A stretch of 59,392 bases of DNA, counting the filler, from Sluysia triapertura (Eukaryota): assembly GCA_046118255.1 (NCBI GenBank). It is 3 parts of 3 records of this genome, joined end to end, with 100 filler letters (N's around TTAATTAATTAA, not from the genome) between each part and the next. Parts side by side here need not be neighbours in the genome. Positions count along the whole stretch, not along the records: positions 1 to 15,857 come from JBJNIA010216918.1; positions 15,958 to 28,662 come from JBJNIA010088241.1; 1 more part is not named here. One strand, given 5' to 3'. The notes beneath the pieces were generated by a model. The model did no database searches and was not told the origin of the DNA. It worked only from the letters and a program-made list of their open reading frames with translations. Position 1 is the first letter of the stretch, and every line of letters begins with the position of its first letter. The position numbers and the translations under genes were made by a program. Positions 13,170 to 25,284 of the stretch are shown here, one piece after another.

Positions 13170-15857
13170 AATTAATTTGTCAATTAATCTTCATTTTAAC
13201 TGAATTCATATTTAACAGATTAAAACAGATGACCTTTAAACTTACTTCATATTGAAATTTTATAATGACTTGTTAGATAATATATTATATCACTTACCAA
13301 ATAAAATTCTCAGAGTACATTAATAATATAATTATATTTTTCTAAAAAGTATTTTCTTTATTTTTGTGCTACATTTTGTCTGCAATTATTATAACAATAT
13401 CATTAGGTATAATAATAAAAATATTATGTTAATTTTATATGTAATTGTAATTAAATTTTTAACCTGCTTTTTTTATTTTAATATATTTTGTTACAATTGT
13501 ATTGGTTGTTATTTTCAAAATGTTTTTAACTTTTAATTGTAAATCAAATCTATTTTACAAACAGATTCATAGACATTAAATGCTAATATATATATATATA
13601 TATATATAAACACAAACTTTGAAATAATTATTATATAATACAGTTTAGTGAGCTAAAAATAAACAGTATTTTAATTTTAAACAGTATTTTAAAAGTTTAG
13701 GTTCAGTTTTAATGCTTTGCAGCATTCATAAAGAATTATTTCAATTTTTGTGATTTTGAATGTTTTTAATATATGCCGAATGACAAGTAACGCAACAGTA
13801 GGACATAGGAAAACAAAATCATAAAAATGACAAATATTCAAGCACTAAAAGTATCTGGTACGATAATAAATTTGCATATTTCATGCAATCAGCAAAATAT
13901 CAATAAGGAGTAAGAAATAAGAAATAAGAAATAATCTTTAATAAAAAGCAATTATATAAAATGTTAATTATAAATTATTATTAAATTATGCATGTAAATT
14001 TAAAATTGCATTTGCTAATTTCTTTGTTCATTTGGTAAATTTAATTAAGATTTTAGTTTTTATATTAAAAAATAATAATAACTATAATTATAATGCATTC
14101 AACAAACTTCGCATTAACTCAAAAGTACTACAAAAAAATTTTTTTTACATATTTAAATATGTAATGTAAATACATTTTCATTTACTGATTAATCGAATTC
14201 AATGAGAGTTATGTAACTTTGCTTTCATAAGCTTTGTTTAACCTGATTTGAAAAATACAAATATTGATATTTATTAAAATTATATTAATTTTTGTAAAAC
14301 TAAATCTAAATTTAAGAAGTTTATTATTATCATTTATTCTATAATTATTCTATTATTTTTCTGGGTGATATGGATGTAATAAAAAGTATATACCCAGAAA
14401 AGGATCGGTAAACCAAGACAAATATGAGTTAGGAAAAGTTTGGAAAATGTTGTGCCTTTATTTAAAATTATGAACAATAATTCAATAAGAAAATTGGAAA
14501 CCAAGACCGATATTTCATTGAGACATACTAATCTATACAGAATCCACAGTGATAACAAACTAGGTGATAGGTCTCAAAAATATACAACCAGTTACCAGAT
14601 AATGTCAAATTACTGGAAGATTATGAAATATGTAAGATTTTCTGCTTCAGAAATATTATAGTGAATGATTTACCTTAAGCGCTTTTGAGTACTCACGAAG
14701 TAGATATGAGCGCGATATAAATTAATATATTATTATTAATTAAATTAGTCTGAAATCCTGATATATTTTCAATACAATACAAAATGAATACAAATTAATA
14801 ATTATTCTGCTGTGGTTTTCGTAACTCTTAACCTACTGAAATCTTAATGTAAAACAATTTGAATCAATAATTATTGCTTTATTGGTAATTCCTTCAGAGG
14901 GTCTTATATTTACCAACTTAAATTTACAAACTTAACTAATCTAATCCACAATTGTGTCAAAGATTTATCTCCAATTTATAAGACTAATTTTAAATTATCT
15001 TAAATACAATTTTATGCTTGTTATGATCTGGTTTTAATTTCAATAATAATAACAAATAAAAATTACAGCAATATGTTCATAATGTCAAGCAATTGGTGAA
15101 ATTGTTAAAGAAGTGTTAAAAAAGACGTGTAAGTTAGGAGAGATGATGGAAGATTGAGAAAAGTCAGGATTATTTTATAGAAATTTTATTTTTATAAAAT
15201 TTTAAGTTTTTTCAGAGATTTGGATATTGTGAGAATTAAGATTAGTTTCCTTATTCTTATCCTGAATTCTCTATGATACTGGACTTACTTACTCAGGGCC
15301 AGCACCTAGATTTGCAGCATCAATAAAGAAAGTAACACTGGAGGTATATAGATTTATATTTATTCTTGATTCTGCGTATTTCCTGGTTCCAGACACTTAT
15401 TGCAGTTGCATTTTCTCAATTTATTATAACTTAAAGAATAGATGTAGTAAATCACTTTTTAAAAAATGCAAAGTGTTAATTTAATTTTTATTTTATTTAT
15501 CTGAATCAAAATGTTTAAATGATTATCAAGACAAATTTTAAAATGTTTATTATTTATTAAAAGGCATAAGGAATGTTATAAATTATTTATTAAGAAACAC
15601 AAAATATTAAATTCAATTATACAATTTAAATCAATTAAACTGTGGATGCTAAAATGTTAATTCGTACTCTAAATAAAAATATCACTTCAATTATACAACT
15701 TTAGAAAAATATGAAATCAAACTTTATATACAAATTACAAATAAAAATTTTAATAATCGAATATCAAATTGTTGCGTCTTTAGAACTTGTTAAATATTAA
15801 ACTCACTATTAATATCTTGTTCAGTTTAAATCTTAATAATTTCAATAGTTAGTATAT

Positions 15858-15957
15858 NNNNNNNNNNNNNNNNNNNNNNNNNNNNNNNNNNNNNNNNNNN
15901 NTTAATTAATTAANNNNNNNNNNNNNNNNNNNNNNNNNNNNNNNNNNNNNNNNNNNN
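15858..15957. other. Assembly spacer N44-TTAATTAATTAA-N44
   Basis: Exactly 100 nt; the 12-mer gives stops in all six frames; identical to 28663-28762. Confidence 0.97.
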
Positions 15958-16480
15958 GTATACTGTAAACGGACTCATAAATATTAATTATTTTTGCTGT
16001 AGGTAAGCTTTTAGGTTAAAAAAGAACCCAGCATATATATAAATCATAATTACACCCCAAATTTAGTATCAGACGATTTTGTCCATTATTGTTTAAGTTA
16101 CGCCAAAGAGTATTTTTATACAGTTAATTTTAGAATTGCTTTCGTATGAATTTTACAGGAACTCCATTAGTAAGTTGTATACTCAAACGGATTCTGAATA
16201 ATATAAATTTGTTTTGCTGCGAGTTTAGGTTTTTTATATTATGAAAAACACCAGCACTTGCAAAATGGCGATATTCATTAAACTGATGAAAATCGATGGA
16301 ATGTTCTATAACATTCTGAAACATTCTAGAAGCTTCTATTCTATTTTTAGAAGCGAGTTTTATTTTTTTGAAATTTTATCTTTTTTTGGAAAATAAACAT
16401 ATTTTAAATGTTTTTAGAGGTGTTTGAATAAGTTTAAAGCATTTTATATAATTTTAGAGGGTTGTGATGACAAACTAACA
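15958..16480 (-). mobile_element. LTR-like dispersed repeat, same family as 47440-48467, truncated by the gap
   Basis: Ends GTTGTGATGACAAACTAACA; contains TTTTTGCTGTAGGT and ACATTCTAGAA blocks. Confidence 0.5.
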
Positions 16481-18235
16481 CTAGGTATACGTCAAACCAT
16501 GGTACGCTTAGTGTTAATTATATTATCTAACTCTGAAATGTGAATGAGAAAGTTAATGTTAATCTATAATCAAAAATTACTTAATAATTCATTATTTTAA
16601 TATAAATAAAATAATATTTTCGTTATTTGTTTGTTATTTTCGTTATTTGTTTGTTATTTTCGTTTCACAAATTTCATTCTTCACAAATAATTCTACCATA
16701 TAAACTTATCACAGATAAATTATTATTGTAATGCATAACATAAAAGTTGCACAAGCATTAAAATATGGCATTTAAATTGTTTGTTTTATCATTGATTTAT
16801 ACAAACATAAATTAAATTAAATTAAAATTTGAAAGCATTTATTTAAATTAATTTTATCTTTATTATGAAATCATTATGATGAAAACTTAAAATAAAATAC
16901 TGAAAATAATTTCAAAATACATTACTTAAGAAGTTTAATAAACTAAAAAATATCTTAGAAATTTGAAAATGGAAATACGTATTTCAAAAATAAGGAAAGA
17001 AAAATAAGAAGGAATAATGGAACTTACCATACTTAATTAGCAAATTACTAAAGAATAATATTAAGATGGATTAGATCAAATAAATGACAGATAAATTCTC
17101 CACAATCCAAAAACATTTTTAATACATTTAAATGAGTCTCCGCGTGTTATTTATTTGAAATACTTGGACTAGATTCAATGACATTCATTTTCTAGTTCTG
17201 AAATTTGTCCCGATGTAGGTCTATCTTGTAAATCGTTGTTTTTACTTAAAACTTAGTAGCGTTATAATCGAAAGTATGCATCATTATAAAACATCTAAAA
17301 GTGTCATAATAAAATAAATTTATTTTATTTATGCTTACATGCTTTTAATAATTAACAATGAATATTAAATGTGACTTAATAATTAGTAATTTTACGTTTA
17401 GATAAATATGAACAAATTTTTTAGTAATAAAAGAATTAAATATTTTAATATTAATCACGTCTGGATAAAATTTAAATTTAAATTTAAATTATATTATGTT
17501 ATCCATATTGTATTTTCAATAAAAGAGAAAAAACAACGAAACTTGATACATTTAACGATGATAGTGAAGTCAATTTTAATTTTGCAAAATATTAATTTAA
17601 TTGATTATTAAATATAAAAATTTAATAATTAATTGTTATATTAATTATTTAAATCTAATTATAAAAATAAAATAATAATAGTAATAATATAATCATTATT
17701 ATAATGATAATGATAATAAAAATAATAGTAACATATGACATAAACCACTAGATTTCTAAGCAAATAATGAAACAGGTTGTACAAGTTGTTAAATGTCACT
17801 TTGTGCATAATTCACGTATGAGAAAAAATCAATATAAAATTCTACAGCCGTGCAGTCGAACAATATTTTTAATTAAAAAAATAATTTCTTCAATTTTTCA
17901 TCTGATAACTGGTACTCTCTTATCTTTTTTAAAAAAAGAAACTTTTATGCCACATTGTTTCGTTAAAAATAACAAAAGAATTATATTATAGGTATATTTT
18001 GTGCAATAAATATTTTATTTATATAATTAATAATAAAATTTGTTTTACTTGAATAACAATTAAATTTTATTAATTATTTTATTTCTGGTATTCCAGTACT
18101 CATATTTAGTTTTATGTATTACGAAGACACTTTCTATAAGCTAATTGAGCATCCAAACTTCATTTTCCATAAAAGTAAGAGCGAAAGACTTGAAATTGCA
18201 TTGAAATTGAAACATATTTTTGCATTATTTATTAA

Positions 18236-18743
18236 CTCTACAGCAGCCAGAAAATCAATGATCCTGGTGATAAATGCTCCCTTCCTATGTCAGAGTTTCC
18301 GACTTAAATGTCATAATTTATGCAGGAGGCGTGTAGAAAAACAAAGACCACAAACTATTGTACAAAGTGTTGTAAATATGTTTGCCGAAACTGCTCGAAT
18401 ATCAAGTGAATAGTGTGTATTATAGCGGTTAAATTTTTGTGGCTGTTTTACTGCATGTTTATTTCTAATTTGTATATTTTTGCAGGATTTTTTGACTGTG
18501 TAAATATTTTGTATATTTGTTAAAATTAAAATGTTGAAAAATTATTTTATGCTTTTGCGTTATTTTTAACTTTTGTGTCATGTATGACTTAATTGTGTCT
18601 TTTGCACGGATTTGTGCATGTTTCGCTCGAAGAGATGAACAAATTGGTGTATCACATGCCAAGTGTTGCTTAATATGTTAGCCATTAGTAATCTATAAAC
18701 TGGTTCACCCGAATTTGGCAAAAACAATCTGGCTGCCATAGAG
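18236..18743. mobile_element. piggyBac-type non-autonomous element, copy 1
   Basis: TTAA flanks; TIRs CTCTACAGCAGCCAGA / TCTGGCTGCCATAGAG (14/16). Homologous to 23903-24476. Confidence 0.85.
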
Positions 18744-20181
18744 TTAACATCATTTATATGTATAATAGCATTTAGGTAAGTAAATATTCATTTATTCATT
18801 CATTTAAAGATTCATTTAATCATTATTTATTCACAAAATCGACATACATTTTCACAAGAGATTAAGAATGAAATGACTTTTGCCAACAGAAATTATATTG
18901 TAATTAATGATACGCGCATTACATATTGATGTTAATAATTCATATTGGATGGATTTTGAATGGATTTATGATAATGAATAGTTCGGGTATAATTTTGAAG
19001 TTGATTTAATCATTCCACTTTATAAACAAGACCATTCGAGAGAAAGTAAGTAAATCAAATTATATTGGTGAATTGACAATTGTACGTACAATTATCAGTA
19101 TTAGTAAACTAAGTTCATAGGCTGTAAAATTTAGTCAAGCTAATGTGTTTGAGAACTATATCTTCGAGATTACGTAATCACAATCCAAAGCTATACCTAA
19201 CATAAACTAGCGAAGTTCATCAATTCAACAGGCGAATAAAATTTCCGGAGACTTGATTGCAGTGCTTTTCGATAAAGATTTTGTTGCATGAGCTGCAATA
19301 GATTTAGAAAAATATCGTCGATAATTTAATTGTGATAATGAATCGTTTTTCCTAAAATGTCAAAAAAGATTAACCAAAATAAATTTTGTCACAAATAAAT
19401 AACGACAATTTATTAGAGACTTCAAATTATCATAACATTTGTAAGTTATATCGTTCGTGGTACGAAAATAAAATCGGTTAAAATTCTTTAAGCCTAAATG
19501 TGTTAGTCAAGGGTGTAAATATCAAACAAACTCGACAGAATTGGTAAATCAGTTTCTAGTTAGATAAAAACAAGTTGTTAGCCCAGATTAATGTATCTTA
19601 ACTTATTTTTATTTTGTGTATAAGTGTGATTAATGTTTGTATTGTTTTTCGTCTTGTAATTTGTTAAAATGTATTATGCAAATTATTTTCAAACTTGCAA
19701 ACAATTTGTCAGCATTTTATCATTAATAAGTAACTTAATTATTCTTCTAAAACATTTTATTGTTATTTCTATTCTTAGTGGTTTCATAGCATCATTTCGG
19801 CAAATTTATTATATAATATTGATTGATAATAAACAAACTAACCGATATTATACAAACTGTACACAATCGCATATTTTACTCTGAGAACAAAGATTTTTCT
19901 ACATCAAGTCAGATGTACAAGACATCCAGCCTCATCTATATATACAATGACACTATTCATACATGCTTTTATCTATTATAACAAAGATGTGAAATCTTTA
20001 TAACAAAAGAAAATCTCAGTTGTATACGGGTCTATGGGTTTTCCTTTGTTTGAGAGTTCTTACATTCACCACTCGAATAGAAGTTACAATTTTGTGGGTA
20101 TCATGTAACTAAACAAATTGAAATTTAAATTTTGCTGTTTCTAATGTAAAATTACACTGGTGTTTATACTTAATAGGAAAT

Positions 20182-20183
<2 letters not shown>

Positions 20184-20266
<83 letters not shown>
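20184..20266. repeat. (AAT)n-(ATT)n palindromic microsatellite
   Basis: An AAT run switches to an ATT run with no spacer at 20222/20223. Confidence 0.95.
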
Positions 20267-20269
<3 letters not shown>

Positions 20270-20427
20270 ACTTTAAAAGTTGAAATACTGTATTAAATTC
20301 TTTTATTTATTGGTAGTTGGTTTGATTTCTGACGTTTCTCGTAGAAAACCTTTGCTTATTTAATTATAATATTAGATTCATATTTGATTTTTGGTCATTA
20401 TTAACGAAGCTGTTTATGTAAATTCAG

Positions 20428-22255
20428 ATATCAAAATTGCGTGAAGCATCTAATTTATTCGAAGCGCTTCATGGGTCTATTATAACTGAGTCTAAAACGA
20501 CGAATAATGTAGATCCATGGGGTGAAGAGAAAATAACTTCGCATGATAATTCTAATAATGCACTTGGATTGGACTTTGACCCATGGGGAGACGGAAATAT
20601 AAACTCTGGTCAAGTTAACATTTCACAGACTCAAGAAGTTTCTATATCTGATCCATGGCAAACCGAGTCGAATTTGAAGATCAAATGCAATAATTCGCGC
20701 AATAGCATTGTAGATCGAATATTTGGAGATAATCGTTAGTTAATTAATTAAAAAAAGAAACTACAAATCTAATAAATCGATTCATTATTAATGTTTATTA
20801 GTCTTTCTTTAGAAAAGACATTATTTCTAGTTCTTTTTTTATGATTGCATTTAACTTATACTCATTGGATCTTTTACTATTGCTGTATAGCCTATTTTCT
20901 CTGTGTAGTAGTTAATTATAGTACATATTCATTTCGATTATGTATTTTCACTACTTATTATTTTTCCTATAATATAGTTATCTATTTATATGTACCTTGC
21001 CTGTTAGTATTAAGTTTTTAACAGATTTTTCATTTTCTTGACGTTTATGTTTGATTAATTATGTTTTCTGATTAATTTTTTTGCTTATTCTTTCATATTT
21101 GTTATTCTGCTCTATTATTTAAAGGTGTTTCTGTTTACTTTTTGGTATTTTAAAAGATATTATTTGAGCTTTTTAATAGTTTATGAATGTTTGTGATTAT
21201 TTAGATATTTTTAGATGTTTTATAAAACTTATTCTCTATTTATAAACATTTGAAAATACGGATTTTTTTGGATTCAATATAATATTTTAGGACCAAGCAC
21301 ACAATTCGCAAATCATTCCAACATAAATTCAGATCAATCGAATAAAGTTCAGCAAATAAGTGGTAGTGTTAGTTCAGACGATGAATACGATAAAACTTGT
21401 GGTGTTGGCGATTTACTAGACCCTTGGGGTGGGGGAAATTCCATTGAAGGAACAACATGTATGGGTACAAGTGGAGTGGAACATAAAATTAAAGAACCAC
21501 GAAATGTAAATACCGGTTCTTTAGCTTCTCTTAATGATTTTTCTGATTACACACCAGGTTCGTTAAAAAGTACATCAATATCGATAATTGCATTTAATTT
21601 TGTATTTATTTTTAAAATAATTTATCAGTAGATAATTTAACTAAACCAATTTTCAAAACAACGTATTCTTAAAATATATTTTTAAATAAAATAGAACCAA
21701 TATATCACAGTATCCATTAGTTTTAAAATATTTCAGTATGTTGCATAGTTAATTCTTTCTTCTACAAGCTTCCTTGGTTTCTATATTTTAAAGACAAAAT
21801 ATTTCAAATGAATGTTTTGGCTAAATTATTTTTTATGTTTTATAAAGATTTTAAATAAAAGAAATTTATTTAAATTATTCTCGACTTAATTAATTAACAT
21901 AATAGAATAGAATAATAAAATCGAAATTGTTCAGTGTATTTTGAACCTTTACTTCATACTTCTATATGAAATGTGAAATATATTACTTTCACTTAATATT
22001 AGTCCGGTCATCAAGTACATACATATTATGCTTTTCTTGCATTATGGTCCTATATTTTGACATTTTAACTACTTAATATTTTAATATTATACAATACTTA
22101 CATTTTTTAATTTGCATTATTCAATCTCGTTAGTTTTATTCTCAGAACAGCTGATATTTAGTAATTAATATTGAATTAAATATCGTTGTAGGAGTTATAA
22201 CATATAAATATAAAAATATGATTAATAATAATACGATGAAGACAATTATATGATG

Positions 22256-22324
<69 letters not shown>

Positions 22325-22453
22325 CAGAAGGAAAAATGACACATTCTTTGAGCGTTGCGGATTTATTAAAAAAGAAATTAACACCTCAAGAATTTCTTGG
22401 TGAAAATGCAAATCTTGTTAATTTAGATAATTTACTACCAGCTCCTAAAGCAG
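20428..22453 (+). CDS. EPN: Epsin (liquid facets-like) endocytic adaptor, internal exons; join(20428-20734, 21291-21557, 22328-22453)
   Basis: Exons bounded by AG/GT with matching phases (0-1, 1-1, 1-1). Four DPW AP-2-binding motifs (VDPWG, FDPWG, SDPWQ, LDPWG). The third exon reads KKKLTPQEFLGENANLVNLDNLL, matching the epsin TPESFLG.NAALV.LD.L clathrin-box region. ENTH/UIM exons and NPF exons were not found in the window. Confidence 0.85.
22258..22323. repeat. (ATT)n microsatellite abutting an epsin splice acceptor
   Basis: Directly visible; followed by ACAG at 22324-22327. Confidence 0.95.
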
Positions 22454-23902
22454 GTTATATTTCTCACTTATTAATTTAATTGAATATTGTTTTAAAAATG
22501 TTAGTAATTTTAAAATAAAAACATATCAATAGGTTCTGAAATCAAAAAGTGTAAACAAATAAAGTGCACGAACTCGCAACACATAATTAGCAAGTTAAAA
22601 AGAAAACAGTTCAAATGGTAGCGCCAGAAGAACTAAAAATATTGAAATAGTAATGCAAGTAATGAGCACAAACAAATATAAGACAACAAACAATGAAAGT
22701 GAATGTACGTAAAAGTTAGAATATGATCAAACAATTATTATAGTAAAAAGGTTAAATAAAATAGGCGAATTTAAATTTAAAATCGTTCATTTATTTATGT
22801 AAGATCGATTTAATTTATAAAGTTGATATTGATAAAAAATAACTTTGATACAAAATAGAAATTAGACAGAAATTTTAGAGTTTATAAAGGAATGTCTACC
22901 ATAATAAAATATATTTCCACTATTTAATATTTTAAGTAATAAATAAGCTTTAAATTTTATTAGATAATTGATTATTAATTGATTATTATATGAAAGTATA
23001 AACAAAATGTAATATGTCCAAATCAATATTACAGAAGAAACTTAATTAATATTGTAACGATAATATGATTTTCACTGTAGAAAGAAATTGGCCATACAGG
23101 CCGAAATTAATTACAGAAAAGTTATTGTAGATTGCACAAAGTGGAGTTTGTTCATAGTAAAACCACAAGTGCAGTTGTTATTTATTAATGGATTTGTAGA
23201 AATACATTCGTAGTTGCTGCTTCTAATATTGAATTGTGAATTATATTTACAAATCAAAATTATTAACATTTGAATTTTTGAAACGAAAATATTAATAATT
23301 TATATAAAATCAATAATGTTGATATTATCAGATCGATGAATATTGATTATCTACTATAACTAAACAAAATTTAATTCTATTATAAATTAAAATAAATCTT
23401 TAAATAAAATCATAAGGTATTTATAAGGTATTTTTATATCAAATAAACCTTAGTGAATTAAGCATTCGATTTATTTTAGAGAATAAAGTCTTAATTTGGC
23501 TGTTAAAATTTACCAACCTCCATGATTTAGATTAATTATAAACCGAGTCGAGTGACGGAATTTGTATGAAATAAAAATGATCCATTGCATTTAAAAATTA
23601 ATAATGTATAAACGTTAATATGAGTGATAATAATAAAACTACAAAATACTTTAAACTTAGCACAGTCGTACCCTAAGATATTTAAAATCAAAGCAATAAC
23701 TAACTCATTACCGCTGCAATTCAAAAATACTACAATAATAATACTTTCAATAAAAATAATAATACTACAATAAAAATACTACAATACTTTTAATACTTTC
23801 ATGGAGCACGTGATATGATATCATTATTTTAAAAATTGCACTTATGAAAAGAAAAAGATTTGAAAATAGGACATTGTCCTATAATGGGTTAAAGAGTTTT
23901 AA

Positions 23903-24476
23903 TTCTACCGCAGCCATTGCGGTCGAAAACGACCGTATTCAGAAAATCAATGATCCTAATAATAAATAGAATAACTGCTACTTTCCTATGTCAGAGTTTC
24001 CGACTTAAATATCATAATTTATGTAGGAGGCGTTGTTACGGAAGTTACAAACAGTTTTCATGTAGATTTTAGCGTTTATTTTGTTTGTTTACGTTCTGGA
24101 GATTTAAATTTTGCCATGCCTATGCCAACCAGAAAGTATAAGTCAGCAGATGTTCTAAAATTTTATAGCAGTTAAATTTTTGAGGCTATTTTACTGTATA
24201 TTTGTCTCTAATTTGCATGCTTTTGCAGGTTTTTTTGACTATATAAATATTTTGTATATTTGTAAAAGTTAAAAATGTTGAAAAATAATTTTATGTTTTT
24301 GCGTCATTTTTAACTTTGTGTCATGTATGACTGAATTGTGTCTTTTGCATGGTTTTGTGCATTTTCTGCTCGAAGAGATGAACAAATTGGTGTATCGCAT
24401 GCTGCTTAATATGTTAGCCATTAGTAATCTATAAACTGATTCACCCGAATTTGGTAAAAACAATCTGGTTGCAGAG
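23903..24476. mobile_element. piggyBac-type non-autonomous element, copy 2
   Basis: TTAA flanks; shares TTCCTATGTCAGAGTTTCCGACTTAAAT and the roughly 300-bp right arm (GCTCGAAGAGATGAACAAATTGGTGTATC, TTCACCCGAATTTGG) with 18236-18743. Confidence 0.85.
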
Positions 24477-24527
24477 TTAAATAAATTTAAAATAAAGTAT
24501 TATTACAATTATAATTATTTCAATTAT

Positions 24528-24549
24528 ATTATTATTATTATCATTATTA

Positions 24550-24604
<55 letters not shown>
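24528..24604. repeat. (ATT)n microsatellite
   Basis: Directly visible. Confidence 0.92.
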
Positions 24605-24606
<2 letters not shown>

Positions 24607-25190
24607 TGCAATCATAGTTATTTTAAATGTTGCTTGAAATATATTTTGTTTTTTAAGTTGCAAAATATTATTTATTTATTATTTATTATTTATTTGTTTA
24701 TTTGTTTTATTTGTTTTTTACCCTTACTAAGAATATTAATTCTATTAAAATTTGTTTGGTTTCGAATATTTTACTAATCAAATTTAGTTTAATGTTAATA
24801 GTCGATTCCATCAATGAGGAGAAAGCAGTTCAAATTAGTCTACTAGTCAATTTCATCTATATATTATTTAATTTTCTTCTATAATATTTGTTGGTATATA
24901 TTGTAATTCACATTCGTTTATTTTACAGTTATTGTTAGTGTTTATAAAGCTTGTGCTTGTTTGTATCTATTGTTTTCATTTCCATTTTAATAAAGTCTTA
25001 GGTTTTTTTAGTTTTTTAAACTTTGAAGTTTAATAATTTTTTTTCTTTCGATTACTTTTTGATTTCAAGACATTTTAAGTTGTTTATTTTATAATTACAA
25101 CTATCTTTTAGATTTAATTTATTTATGAATTTATTTTAGGATTAATAAAGATATTTTGGAAGATTTTTATTTATCACAAATACATCCCTA

Positions 25191-25284
25191 CCATTTAGAA
25201 TAGTGGTAGTACAATTGACTATAATGTACTAAAATTGTTAGATGAGGCTGATAGCTTAGTGGTCCTATTTAATGAAGTCTAACA
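25191..25284 (+). mobile_element. Internally deleted copy D of the tRNA-cassette repeat
   Basis: Leader ...CAATTGACTATAATGTACTAAAATTGTTAGAT, then GAGGCTGATAGCTTAGTGGTC fused directly to CTATTTAATGAAGTCTAACA. Confidence 0.75.

Noticed and set aside
15902-15913. TTAATTAATTAA palindrome inside N runs (also 28707-28718)
   Set aside because: Identical symmetric 100-nt construct with six-frame stops; an assembly linker, not biology.
17028-17294. AG...GTAAGT-bounded minus-strand segment as a coding exon
   Set aside because: Stops in the frames examined and no recognisable protein motif; it could be non-coding but is unsupported.
22142-22411. Microsatellite-driven ORFs (poly-N, poly-I, poly-L; also 27061, 29380, 31707, 41056)
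   Set aside because: Open only because AAT/ATT repeats lack stops in these frames; several are antisense or out of frame to real exons.
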